Source: Squalus acanthias (lineage: Eukaryota). From it: a stretch of DNA of 64,000 nucleotides. Positions 26,610-38,195 of this stretch are shown here, piece after piece; position 1 is the first letter of the stretch, and every line of letters begins with the position of its first letter. The notes under the pieces were generated by a model. That model was not told the DNA's origin and did not search any database. It saw nothing but the letters and a program-made list of their open reading frames with translations. Position numbers and translations under genes: made by a program. The DNA lies in assembly GCA_030390025.1 (NCBI GenBank), contig CM059431.1, forward strand, positions 110,610,001 to 110,674,000. The letters run 5' to 3'.

Positions 26610-26820
26610 ATTTAATCACTCCTGCCTTCCACCCTATCGCAGACCTTCCCTTTTGTGCTTTCCTCCTTTCCCTGCCTCAGCACTTGCTTAAAATCTGTTA
26701 CATCGCTAACTTTTTCCAGTTCTGACGAAAGGTCATCGACCTGAAACGTTAACTCTGTTTCTCTCTCCACAGATGCTGCCTGACCTGCTGAGTATTTCCA
26801 GCAGTTTCTGTTTTTATTTA
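26610..26820 (+). mobile_element. Penelope-like element terminal (pLTR) fragment with a minimal hammerhead motif at 26718-26754
   Basis: AGTT-CTGACGA-A-AGGTC atc GACCT-GAAA-CGTT-AACT; downstream sequence shared with 32530-32700 and 60190-60470. Confidence 0.7.
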
Positions 26821-26910
26821 AGAAGATCTTAGTGATGTTTCGGAGGGAGCAAAGGGGTTGAGGCACAGAACACTGGTGATGAAGGAGCTGTAGCACGGGT
26901 GCTAGTTAAT

Positions 26911-27672
26911 GGCCCGAAAATTAGACCGAATACGCGAGAGTACGCACTGTGTACTCTCGCGTTTTAGGTCTCCAATTGCCGGTTTCCTGCATGCACTGCG
27001 CATGCGCGGGAAACCGGCACTTCGTGAATTCAAAAGGGAGCGGTTCCTAAGTGAACCGCGTGCGCGCTACAGGCTGCGCGCACGCAGTGCACTTAGTTAT
27101 TTTTGCAGCTTTGAACGCGCAGGTAAGTGTTGAAGATTTTACACACAAAGAAAGCAGGCGTAGGACCCCTTTTTAACAAGGTAAGTAGTTAATTAAGTGT
27201 TATTTTAAATTTTTTTCAACAGGTTTATCTTTTTTAGAGACTTTAAAGAAAGGTAAGTTTATTTTTATAACTTTTAAAAAGATTTTAAATTTTTTCAAAA
27301 ATTTAATTTTTTGTTTAAAGTGGTTAATTTATTTAACTATACTTATTTTATTAATGTGATGGCTTTTTTAAAATTTAATTGAGGTTTAGCTGTTCTTTTG
27401 GGGGGGTGTAGGATTCATAGCTTTGACAGCTTTGCTGTGAAAACTATGAATGAAAGATGGTGTGCTGCCATTGGCTCTAACTGAATCACGTGATCCCAGA
27501 GCTCGCACAAACTAATTGCGTCTCTGGGATACGCACACACTGCACAGCTGCATGTGGGACTGGCCTTGAAACTAAAGTTCGTGTGGGCCCGGAGGAAAAA
27601 GGTAGGCGCGGAGTGAGATATCGCGGGGAAGCCTTACCCCCGCGGGAACACGCACTGTTTAATTTCTGGGCT
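26911..27672. mobile_element. TIR element (Harbinger-like MITE)
   Basis: TIRs GGCCCGAAAATTAGAC / GTTTAATTTCTGGGCT; CpG-rich subtermini and an AT-rich centre. Confidence 0.6.
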
Positions 27673-28165
27673 ATTGAGAGACTGGCTGATGCCAGGCATA
27701 GTGTTAGCCCATTGAGTAGCTATTCTGAACACTACAGAGATACAGGCTTTAGTGGACTTGCTTGATATTAGAGGCTGGAACAGCAGCAATTTCCTTTTCT
27801 TTATTTTGATTAAAGAATACTAAACACAAGGCTGCCATTTCCAAAATTGTATTGAGAAGTCACTTGATCGGTTTGTCCCGATGTGAGATACTCACTTTTG
27901 CTCTGCAGCTGTGAAATGTTGAGCGAGTTCCTCATTAATGTCTGAACAAGGCTGTAACACTTGTCACTAATCCAGTTGTAGAGGGATAACACCAGTCAGA
28001 GGAGTTCTAACTATAAACAGTCTGTTAGCACTTTCTAACTACATTCCATTCACTAAAATCAGTATTTTGGCCCTGTGCTAACAAAAAGTACTCGTGAAGT
28101 GAGCTAAAAGACAGGAACCTCATTTTGACACTTGGAGCACAATTCAGTTGTCAGCACTGATACAA

Positions 28166-28987
28166 GGGGCTCGATCTTGCCAGCCCTGGGGAGGCGGGAC
28201 TCCCGGGAAATGGCAGAATTTGGGGGCAGGTCCCCAACCCGCCCCAACTCGCCTCCATGCCATCTTGCCAGGAGGCAGGTAACCGTCCCACGCCGGGTCC
28301 CGTCTCCTTGGAAGCCGGAAGGGATTACAGCCACTTAACAAGGTAGTTAACAGCCAGAAAATAGGCTCATCACCATTTTGCCCTCACAAGTGCGGGCTCC
28401 CCAAAGGCTGCGAACCCCGCCAGGGTCACCGAGGCGAGTAGTGGGTCTGCGGGGGTCGGAGGGGTGCAAAAGTGTGCTGTGAAGGTAAGTGATGGGTGCA
28501 AGTGTGGAGAGGTGAGCATCTGAGGTAAATAGCAAGTGTTAGAAAAAGTGTACTTACCTTTGTTTCTTCCTGCAGGCTTCAGTCGGTGGGTATGCGGAGA
28601 GTCTCGCACCTCCGCGGTAGAGATGACAGATGGCCGTTGCATTCTCCAATGCAACAACCATCTCATTTCTGCAAAAGAAAGAGGTTTGATGAGGTCTTGA
28701 ATTCAAGAACTCATCAAACTACAGAGAATGTCAGTGTTTGACAGCTTCACAGAGCTGTCAAACGATGAAAATTCATCTGTCAAAAATTTTTGACAGATGA
28801 AACGTCATACGTTGACGTTCTCTGCAACCGGCTTTCCCTTAATTGGCCCGCTAAGCCCGCTGGGCGGGCTTAACAAGGTTAATCAAGGGAAAATAGCGTG
28901 GGTTGGCCAGAAGTTGATGGAGGCGGGACTGAAACCCGACAAGTGGGGGTACCGCCTCCAAAAGCTCCCCATTGGCAAAATCACCCC
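28166..28987. mobile_element. Harbinger-like non-autonomous element
   Basis: TIRs GGGGCTCGATCTTGCC / GGCAAAATCACCCC; CAA on both flanks. Confidence 0.6.
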
Positions 28988-31900
28988 CAAGAACTCTCGC
29001 GCTTACGATAGATTAACAGCGATACACTGCTTAAAGCAAAAAGTCACACTAATAATTTAAAAAGGAAGATTGGAAAAGGCTCGTCTTGTGATTTGTTTTC
29101 TAATCTAATTCAACTGTTTTTTCCTCCCTCCTCCCTATCTCTAGGCCAGCTGCAGTGATAGACATTGCACCTGTCTCTCTTGCTTGACAGGGTACACGCA
29201 GCTAGGAATGCCCAACAGCTTCTCACTCAGCCTGCCCATGGGCAAGGCAGATAAGCTTGGAAGGGTTGCAGGGTGTTACTCTACTTGAAATTGATTTTAA
29301 CAAGTGTTTTACCATAAATGTCACTGTATTTGGCAGATTGGTACGAATCACAACATTAAAGATTCTACCAAATTAAGGGCTGCAGCCCCTTTAAGTCCAC
29401 TGCAACATAAGAGATTACAAAAGATTATACTCCATCCTGAGTAAAACTGGTTTCTTATCTGAGAAACAGTATTGATGAGCCCGGTGACTGTCTGAACTGA
29501 GGTGCTACATCTCCGTCTCAGAAACCAGTGGCTCTCACGGAAAGCAAGCAGGATTATTCATTTCCAGTTTCCAACCGAGGCACATTTTTGTCCAGTTGTT
29601 TGTGCATGTGGCAATTACCCTGAAGGCAGACAACAATGTCATACAGTAAAAGGAATTAACACTACTGCGGCAGGATGGAAAGAAAAATATAGTAAAATGA
29701 GTTGCTTCTAACTACAAGTATCTATATCATTGCTGTGTCTTTTATTACAATAAGAATCACATAGATTATGTACGATACAAGCTTTCCAGAAGTCCAGATA
29801 CTGAAATATTAATTTTACTGAGCAATTTAATATTTTCTGTGATTTGACCAGCCGATCAAACTCCAAGGGCACTTACACAGAGAATAGAGCAGATCAGTAG
29901 AACGCCATGAACAAGAGGTAAGCCTCACTTCGGGTGCCTGCTCCAATCTGTGTGCACAGCCACGACATACTAAATACTACGTCACCTAATACAAGTGCAC
30001 AAGGTTTACTTTGAGATGGACTATGGAGTTCTTCAGTATTTGGGGTACAAGGAAATGATTCTTGCAATAGCCAGGTAATCTCCCCCACCCTTTTGTTTTG
30101 GCTTTATCCTTCCCGTATCACTGTGAACCATTTTCACACATTCATTCCAGTGCTCTTTTTTGTAAGCAAGAGTAGTCAACTGTTGGAAATCATGGGCTAT
30201 GGGGCATGAGGCCCATCTCCAGGACCCATTGGACGCTGGCTGAATGGTATTAGCAGAAAGCCCTGGATCGTACTTCTGGGAGAAATAATGAGGTATACGT
30301 CTCTTTCACTAGTCCATGGCTATCCATCAAATCAAGTGATGGGTGGGACTGCCAAGCTTCAGGCTCATGGTTGCCATGGGCAGCAATAAGCAACAGATGG
30401 GACATCATGCAGCAAGGCATAACAATTGGGGATAAGTGGCATATTTAAAACACACTACATGTAATCTGGCCTCTCCAACCCTGGGGGACTCACAGGAGGA
30501 AATGCTTGCAGGAGAAGAGATTTCACCAAAGATCCAGATGTCCAGATTAGATTTTCCTGGAATTGCCAGATTCCCTGGAGGAGCTAAAGCAAGAGAAAGA
30601 TGCCAACAACGGGACTATCCCACCATGAACACAGGGGCTACACTTAAAAGGGGGACAATCGAGGTCTGTGTTGAGGAACCAAGAGGGACAGTAGAATGTG
30701 TTGTTTGGTGGGGGTGGGGGGGGGGGGGGGCAGTGTTGAAAGAGACAGGAATACGAAGTGGTTAGAACACCTGATGCAAAACTCAAGGAGTTGTGAGTGT
30801 ATTGAAGCAAACAAAAGGGACAGAGTGGAGGGAGAGGACTGGCAGACACTTCAATCCTTGCCGGGTTTATTAGAGGCTGTTTTTATACTCTATTGCATAT
30901 ACTGGCGCAAAGAATTGTGGTTAAGAAATGTTCGCCTTGTTTGACGACTTTTAATTGTCCCCATGTCTGGGGTTAATGATAAGGGTAGCTGGTCATCGGT
31001 CTTCAGGAAACTGCTCTTGTATCTAATTGATCTTAAATCGAGTGCCGTTTTTGATTTGCAAGCTGGAACACCAGCCTTGACTGGCTGACTGATTCACATT
31101 CTCCATGGCAACACGGCCCATATTGCCATGATTGACAGAAACCATGCTGCCACATTCAGTATTCAATACATGTGCGAAACCTTTTCTGCTGCAATTTAAA
31201 CTAGGGTAGCGGCAAAATGGCTGTAATGCAACAAAAAGACCTGAATTCTGCGCCTGAAAGGCTATTTACAGCAACGGGCAGCTTCAAATAGACAAACAGT
31301 GGTGAGACAGACAGCTACCAAACTGTCCACCCACACGCTCAGCCTTTAACTCAAAGATAATTACTACTTGTGTAACAGCTGCCCTAATAAATTTCACCAA
31401 GTTTAGAAGATGGGCACAAGGAAACACCTTTCAGTAACCATGGAAACGTTGCAAATTCACAAAGTCCTTTGGCTTAACCGTGCCTTCTTATTAAACTGCT
31501 ACATGAAACCTTTTAAATTCAGAATTAGTACAAATTAAAGAGGGCTGACCGTATTAACCTGCACATTCTAACTGGCATAATCCCAGAAACAGAGTGGATC
31601 TGGCAGAGCACACAGTTAAGGCTGCAAACAACAGATTTAAAACACTGTAGAGGGGTATATCTATTCATAGCTCCTTAGCGCAGTTTTGCATAAAGTGATT
31701 GCTGTTTCCACTCGTAGCTCATAATGTGCTAGGTGCAATGAACGTCAGCGGCAGTCAGCTCTACATGTCACTTTTATGAAGGGATGCACATAATCCATTC
31801 ATCGAAGAACAAGGAAAACATGAGAAATGAAAGATTTTTGTAGCACAACAGTTGCAGTTCTCATTTCTTTTTCTTCCCCCCCACCCCCCCACCCCCATGG

Positions 31901-32529
31901 TCAGGTTTGCATCTCAGTTGGAAGTCTGCACTCCAATATCCCGACCAATTATTTTTCTTTTTGCTCCATCATTACTTAGTTTCTTCCCCCCGCCCCCCCC
32001 CCCACCCCCCCACCCCGCCCGCAACCAACAGTTCTAAACAAGAGGGTTGTCGACATTATCTATGATTTGGTGTCTAATTTTCTCTCAGACATCGTGTTTT
32101 CTCTTCTTCTGTCAGACATTGTGCAGTTTCCAATTAGCAACTCTCCCTTAATCCCCTTCATCCGTAGACAGACTAGCTGAGGTTAGAAACTCCCAACATG
32201 AGGAACTGCGAGTGTGAACCATCCCCTACCATTCTATGGAACTGTGCCGTACACCCATTGAGCTGCTATATTTGGGCTTCAACAGTTCTCAGTTAGACTA
32301 CATAGTCAGCATATTCTCAAGCAGAAGCTGCTATTTTGTCTTCTGCTATGAAGGTCAACTTTCTTGGCCAACCACAGCAGTACTTTGTTAGACTCAAACT
32401 TCCCTAACATTTTTAAGTAAGATTTACTAGTTCTTAGGCAAGCTGGTGGGTGAAGAATTTTATGGCAGGTTAACTATCTCAGATAGAAAAGAAAACTAAC
32501 AGGATTTTCTCTACAACTACACACACACA

Positions 32530-32700
32530 CAAGCAAAATACTGCGGATGCTGGAAATCTGAAATAAAAACAGAAAATGCTGGAAATACTCAGCAGGTCAG
32601 GCCGCATCTGTCGATGACCTTTTGTCAAACGCTAACTCTGTTTCTCTCTCTCCACAGACGCTGCCTGACCTGCAGAGTAGCTCCAGCATTTTCTCTACAG
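32530..32700. mobile_element. Penelope-like pLTR fold-back remnant
   Basis: GAAAATGCTGGAAATACTCAGCAGGTCAGGC...GCCTGACCTGCAGAGTAGCTCCAGCATTTTC inverted arms; same family as 26610-26820. Confidence 0.65.
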
Positions 32701-33703
32701 CCATTTTCCTTTGACCACAGAACATCACTGATGATAATTATCAAGAAACCAGACCACATCTTTCTCCCAGCTAAAGAAGGACGCTTGGCAACAGGATGAG
32801 TTGGCATAACACCCAAAAGGAGGGTGGCCGGAAGTAAAAAGAAATGCCCCATCTACTGGATAATTTATAGAGCTGTGTAGGTGTCAAAAGCAGAAGAAGC
32901 CTGTAGGTTATTTGGCAACCATCCCAGCACTGAACCCAGCAGGTGTGTAGGTGTAAATGGAGAAATAAAACCAATTAGGCTCCTTGTGTAGTTGTGGCTT
33001 GCAGAAAACCCAAATAATGGTTTATGCTTTTTTTCTAATGTTACCTGCATGATATTTTTTGCTAAACAGGATGGGAAGGGCATGGACGCACTGAGGGTGC
33101 ACTGACATTGCTGCAGAATAGGAAAATTCAACCCTGCCGTAAATCTTTATAGTCACTGTTATTGTTAGCAGATGCACAGTGGAGAATGCCCATCCCTCTA
33201 GACACCTTTAATATCAAAAAAGGTGCAGCATTTTTCGTTTCCCCCACACACACACATTCTGTAGTAAAAACATATCTTAAAGTTGCATAGAAATGAAGGA
33301 CAGAGAAATAACTCCACTCTTAAAGTCACAATTTGAATGATTAGTTTATCACTAAGATCGAGACCATCCATTCAGCTGCCTCTGCTGCTATTCCCCTACC
33401 CCTGGCTGCCAAGCCAAACCTCGACACATGCTCCTAGCCCTGAACCCGGGTCTTTCTCCAGTTACATAAGAACATAAGAACATAAGAAATAGGAGCAGGA
33501 GTAGGCCAATCGGCCCCTCGAGCCTGCTCCGCCATTCAATAAGATCATGGCTGATCTGATCCTAACCGCCAATCTACTATCTATCACAGAACCATCTCCT
33601 GCATCTAACAGAATTGCACACACAAAATAGGAGCAGAATCAGGCTACACGGTCCCTGGGCCCGCTCCACTACCCACAGGGCCATGACCGATCCGAACCTA
33701 GAC

Positions 33704-36655
33704 TCATGTCCAAATTCCTGCCCGCTCCCCGTAACCCTTAATGCCCTTTACTTCTAGGAAACTGTCTATTTCTGTTTTAAATTTATTTAATGATGTAGCT
33801 TCTACAGCTTTTTGTGGCAGCATATTCCATGGACCTACCACCCTCTGAGTGAAGTAGTTCCTCCTCATCTCAGTTTTGAAAGAGCAGCCCCTTATTCTAA
33901 GACTATGTCCCCTAGTTCTAGTCTCACCCGTCATCGGGAACATCCTCCCCGCATCCACCCGATCCAACCCCTTCACAATCTTATATGTTTCAATAAGATC
34001 GCCTCTCATTCTTCTGAACTCCAATGAGTAGAGTCCCAATCTACCCAACCTCTCCTCATATGACCACCCCCTCATCCCCGGGATTAACCGAGTGAACCTT
34101 TTTTGCACTGACTCGAGAGCAAGGATGTCTTTCCTTAAGTAAGGACACCAAAACTGTATGCAGTGTTCCAGGTGCGGTCTCACCAATACCTTGTACAACT
34201 GAAGCAATACCTCCCTATTTTTATATTCTATCCCCCTAGCAATGAAAGCCAACATTCCATTTGCCTTCTTAATCACTTGCTGCACCTGCATACTAACCTT
34301 TTGAGTTTCGTGCACCAGGACCCCCAGATCCCTTTGCACTTCAGTACTCTCCAGTTTCTTGCCATTAAGATAATAAATTGCTCTAGGATTTTTCCTGCCA
34401 AAGTGCATCACCTCACACTTTCCAGTGTTGTATTCCATCTGCCAAATCTCTGCCCACTTACTTAGCCTGTCTATGTCCCCTTGCAAGTTTTTTATGTCCT
34501 CCTCACTCACTACTTTCCCTCCCATCTTTGTATCATCTGCAAATTTTGATATGTTACACTTGGTCCCTTCCTCCAAATCGTTAATATAGATTGTAAAGAG
34601 TTGGGGACCCAGCACTGACCCCTGTGGAACACCACTAGTTACTGATTGCCAGTCTGAGAATGAACCATTTATCCCAACTCTTTGCTTTCTGTTAGATAGC
34701 CAATCCTCTATCCATGCCAGAATATTACCCCCAATCCCGTGATTTTTTACCTTAAGCAATAATCTTTTGTGTGGCACCTTGTCAAATGCCTTTTGGAAGT
34801 CTAAATACACTACGTCCACTGGTTCCCCTTTATCCACTCTATATGTTACTTCCTCAAAGAACTCCAGCAAATTTGTCAAACATGACTTCCCCTTCGTAAA
34901 ACCATGCTGACTTTGTCCTATTAAATTATGATTATCCAAATGTCCTGTTACTGTTTCCTTAATAATGGACTCCAAAATTTTACCTACCACAGATGTTAGG
35001 CTAACCGGTCTATAGTTACCAGCCTTCTGTCTACTGCCCTTTTTAAATAAGGGTGTTACATTAGCAGTTTTCCAGTCTGCCGGGACCTTAGCGGAATCCA
35101 GAGAGTTTTGAAAAATTATTACCAATGCATCTACAATCCCTACCGCCACTTCCTTCAAGACTCTAGGATGTAAGCCATCAGGTCCAGGTGATTAATCCGC
35201 CTTGAGTCCCATTATTTTACCGAGTACCACTTCCTTAGTGATTTTGATCGTGTTTAGCTCCTCTCCCCCTATAGCCCCCTGTTTGTCCAGTGTTGGGATA
35301 TTCTTAGTGTCCTCTACTGTAAAGACTGATACAAAATATTCATTCAGTGTTTTTGCCATCTCCATATTTCCCACCATTAATTTCCTGGTCTCATCCTCTA
35401 AGGGACCAACATTTACTTTAGCCACCCTTTTTCTTTTTATATAACTATAAAAACTCTTACTATCTGTTTTTATATTTTTTGCTAATTTACTTTCATAATC
35501 TATCTTCCCTTTCTTAATCAATCTTTTTGTTATTTTTTGCTGCCTTTTAAAGTTTTCCCAATCCTCTGTCCTCCCACTAGATTTTGCTACCTTATATGCC
35601 CTTGTTTTTAGTCGAATACTATCCTTAATTTCTTTACTTAGCCACGGATGACTGTCCTTTCTTTTACACCCTTTTCTTTTCAGTGGAATATATATTTTTT
35701 GGAAGTTGTAAAATAACTCCTTGAATGTACACCACTGATCATGTGTCGTCTTACCCTTTAATCTATTTTCCCAATCCACTCTACTCAATTCCGCTCACAT
35801 ACCTTCATAGTCTCCTTTATTCAAGCTTAGCACGCTTGTTTGAGATCCAACCTTCTCACCCTCTAATTGAATATGGAATTCAACCATGTTATGGTCACTC
35901 ATTCCAAGGGGATCCTTTACTAGGACATTTTTAATTAATCCTGTCTCGTTACACAGGACCAGATCTAAGGTTGCTTGCCCCCTGGTCGGTTCAGTTACAT
36001 ACTGCTCAAGAAACCCATCCCTAATACACTCAATGAACTCATCCTCAAGGCAGCCCTGCCCCATTTGATTTGTCCAATTAATATGATAGTTAAAATCCCC
36101 CATAATTATAGATGTTCCCTTATTACATGCCTCAACTATTTCCTGATTGATACTCCGTCCAACAGAGTTGCAACTGTTCGGAGGCCTATAGACTACGCCC
36201 ACTAGTGTTTTTTTCCCCTTATTATTCCTTATCTCCACCCAAACTGTTTCATTATCATGATTTTTTGACCCAATATCATTACTCTGTATTACAGTGATTC
36301 CTTCCTTTATTAACATAGCCACCCCACCTCCCCTTCCTTCCTGCCTGTCCTTCCTGATCGTTAAATAACCTGGTATGTTTAATTCCCAGGCATTGTCACC
36401 CTGCAGCCATGTTTCTGTAATGGCCACAATATCATAACCATATGTAGTTATTTGTGCCATTAACTCGTCTATTTTGTTACGAATGCTACGTGCATTCAGA
36501 TAGAGAACTTTCAAATATGCTTTGTGGCACTTAGTTCCTGCTTTTTCACTTTTTACCACTTTACCTTTTACTCCACACACTCTGTCCCTTCCTGCCACGC
36601 TCTGATTTGTGATTCCCCTACTGCTACCTATGTCTATGACCCTCTCTGTTGTCAT
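33704..36655 (-). pseudogene. CR1 ORF2 (APE endonuclease + reverse transcriptase), 984 codons with two in-frame stops
   Basis: YLNARS, ITETWL, IMGDFN and SDH endonuclease motifs; QHGF, YLDFQKAFDKV, GVPQGSVLGP and FADD RT motifs. The three ORFs share one frame, with stops at 35797-35795 (TGA) and 35194-35192 (TAA). Confidence 0.93.
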
Positions 36656-36693
36656 TTTTATTTTTTGCTCTCTTGAAACCTCCCCCCCACTAA

Positions 36694-36819
36694 TTAGTTT
36701 AAAGCCCTCTCCACAGCCCTAGTTATTCGATTCGCCAGGACACTAGTCCCAGCACTGGCCAAGTGAAGTCCGTCCCAACGGAACAGCTCTCTCCTGCCCC
36801 AGTACTGGTGCCAGTGTCC
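36694..36819 (-). pseudogene. C-terminal 41 aa of CR1 ORF1 (SGNH esterase-like domain)
   Basis: GHWHQYWGRRELFRWDGLHLASAGTSVLANRITRAVERALN*; DGLHL is the D-x-x-H block of the CR1 ORF1 esterase. Confidence 0.8.
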
Positions 36820-37087
36820 CTCCTATCTCTCCTAATGCCCTCTCCAAATGCATCTTGTCCATGAGACACACATCCTGCACCCTTGACCCCACACACGTCC
36901 TGCGCCCTTGACCCTATTCCCACTAGACTGCTGACCACCCAACTTCTCTTCCTGGCCTGCATGCTAGCTGTCGTTGCAAATGGTTCCTTGTCCTCAGGTA
37001 TTGTTCCTCAAGTTTTCAAAACCACTGTCATCAACCCCTCCTCAAAGAGTCCGCTACGAAACCGTCTGTCCTTGTAAACTAACACTC

Positions 37088-37656
37088 CGGGTCAAACATT
37101 TATCTGGGTCCAGAATATACGCTGTATAGGCAGCATGCGCCCCCCCCAATGGGGAGGCCCAAGGCTGATGGAATTTGGTTCTCGGGCCTCAGTTTAACAA
37201 GTTTGGTGATCTGCCGGTGCCTCCACAGTCACCTCTCCCACCTCGCAAAAACTACGGCCCTCTTGCCTCACCGGCAAGAGCTCTCGGGTAAGTGGGGGGG
37301 CGGGGAGGATAGGGGGTGGAGGACATTGGGAGGAGGACTGATCATAGCCATCAGCTGTCGTCAGGAGTGCGGTAGAGTCGGGAGGCGCATTCCTATTCTT
37401 CCTGGAGCCACATGGATTTCGTAAAAATATAATAAAGTGATTTTTCAGTGGTGGCCGCTGGCTAAATTGCACCTATGTCTAGAAAACCTGAAAGGAGATG
37501 GCCCAATACCCGCTTAGATCAGGGCAGCCAAATTTGTCACAGGGATCCCAAAAGAGGTGTTAGGCCCCTCATTAGCTGAAAGGTAGCCTGACCCAATTTC
37601 GAGTCGGATTTTTTTCAGGTGTCCTTGGGGCGCAACGAGGTTCAATTTCGATCCCC
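37088..37656. mobile_element. Probable TIR element inserted in L2
   Basis: Interrupts L2 collinearity; weak GGG...AATTTCGATCCCC ends; interior resembles 59139-59845. Confidence 0.4.
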
Positions 37657-38195
37657 CACCCCCTGCATCTCCAATCTCATGTCCTCTCCAAAGATCTCCT
37701 CACAAATCTGTGCCCATCTTTCTCCATGTTTTAATCTGTCCAATCAGATTTCCATCTCTGCCACATTACTAAAACGGCCCTAACTAAAGGCACAAATGAC
37801 ACGGTCTGTGACTGGTGAATTATCCGGCCTCACCCTCTCTGCAGTCTTTAACATGGTCGACTACACCATCCTGCTCCAATGGCTTTCCTCCGTTGTCCAG
37901 CTCAGTGAGACTGTCCTCAGTTGGTTCCACACTTCACTATCCAATCTTTCCAGAGCATCTCCAGAAATGGCTTCTCTTTCAGTGCCTGTTCCATGGTCTT
38001 CAGCCCCTGCCTCAATCGTTTATACCCTCGCCACCAATTCTATCCCCACTCCCCAGCCATTGCCTCGAGCTAAACCAGACTAGATATCCCATTCGGCCCC
38101 GAGCTGTGCTTCCAATCCCATAAACTCTCCATCACAAAGACCGCCTACTTCCCCCTCTGTAACATGTCCCATCTTCGCCCTTTACTCAGCCCATC

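Larger units (their letters stand above)
33464..36820 (-). mobile_element. Young CR1 LINE, 5'-truncated within ORF1
   Basis: ORF1 C-terminus, full ORF2, 3' UTR and (TTCTTATG)n tail. Confidence 0.95.

Noticed and set aside
28340..28670. Consensus donor AAG|GTAAGT at ~28557 on the KLF12 strand as a KLF12 exon
   Set aside because: Lies inside a Harbinger-like element, has no KLF similarity, and the two true exons already join in frame.
33450..36840. TSD for the young CR1
   Set aside because: No convincing direct repeat at the junctions.
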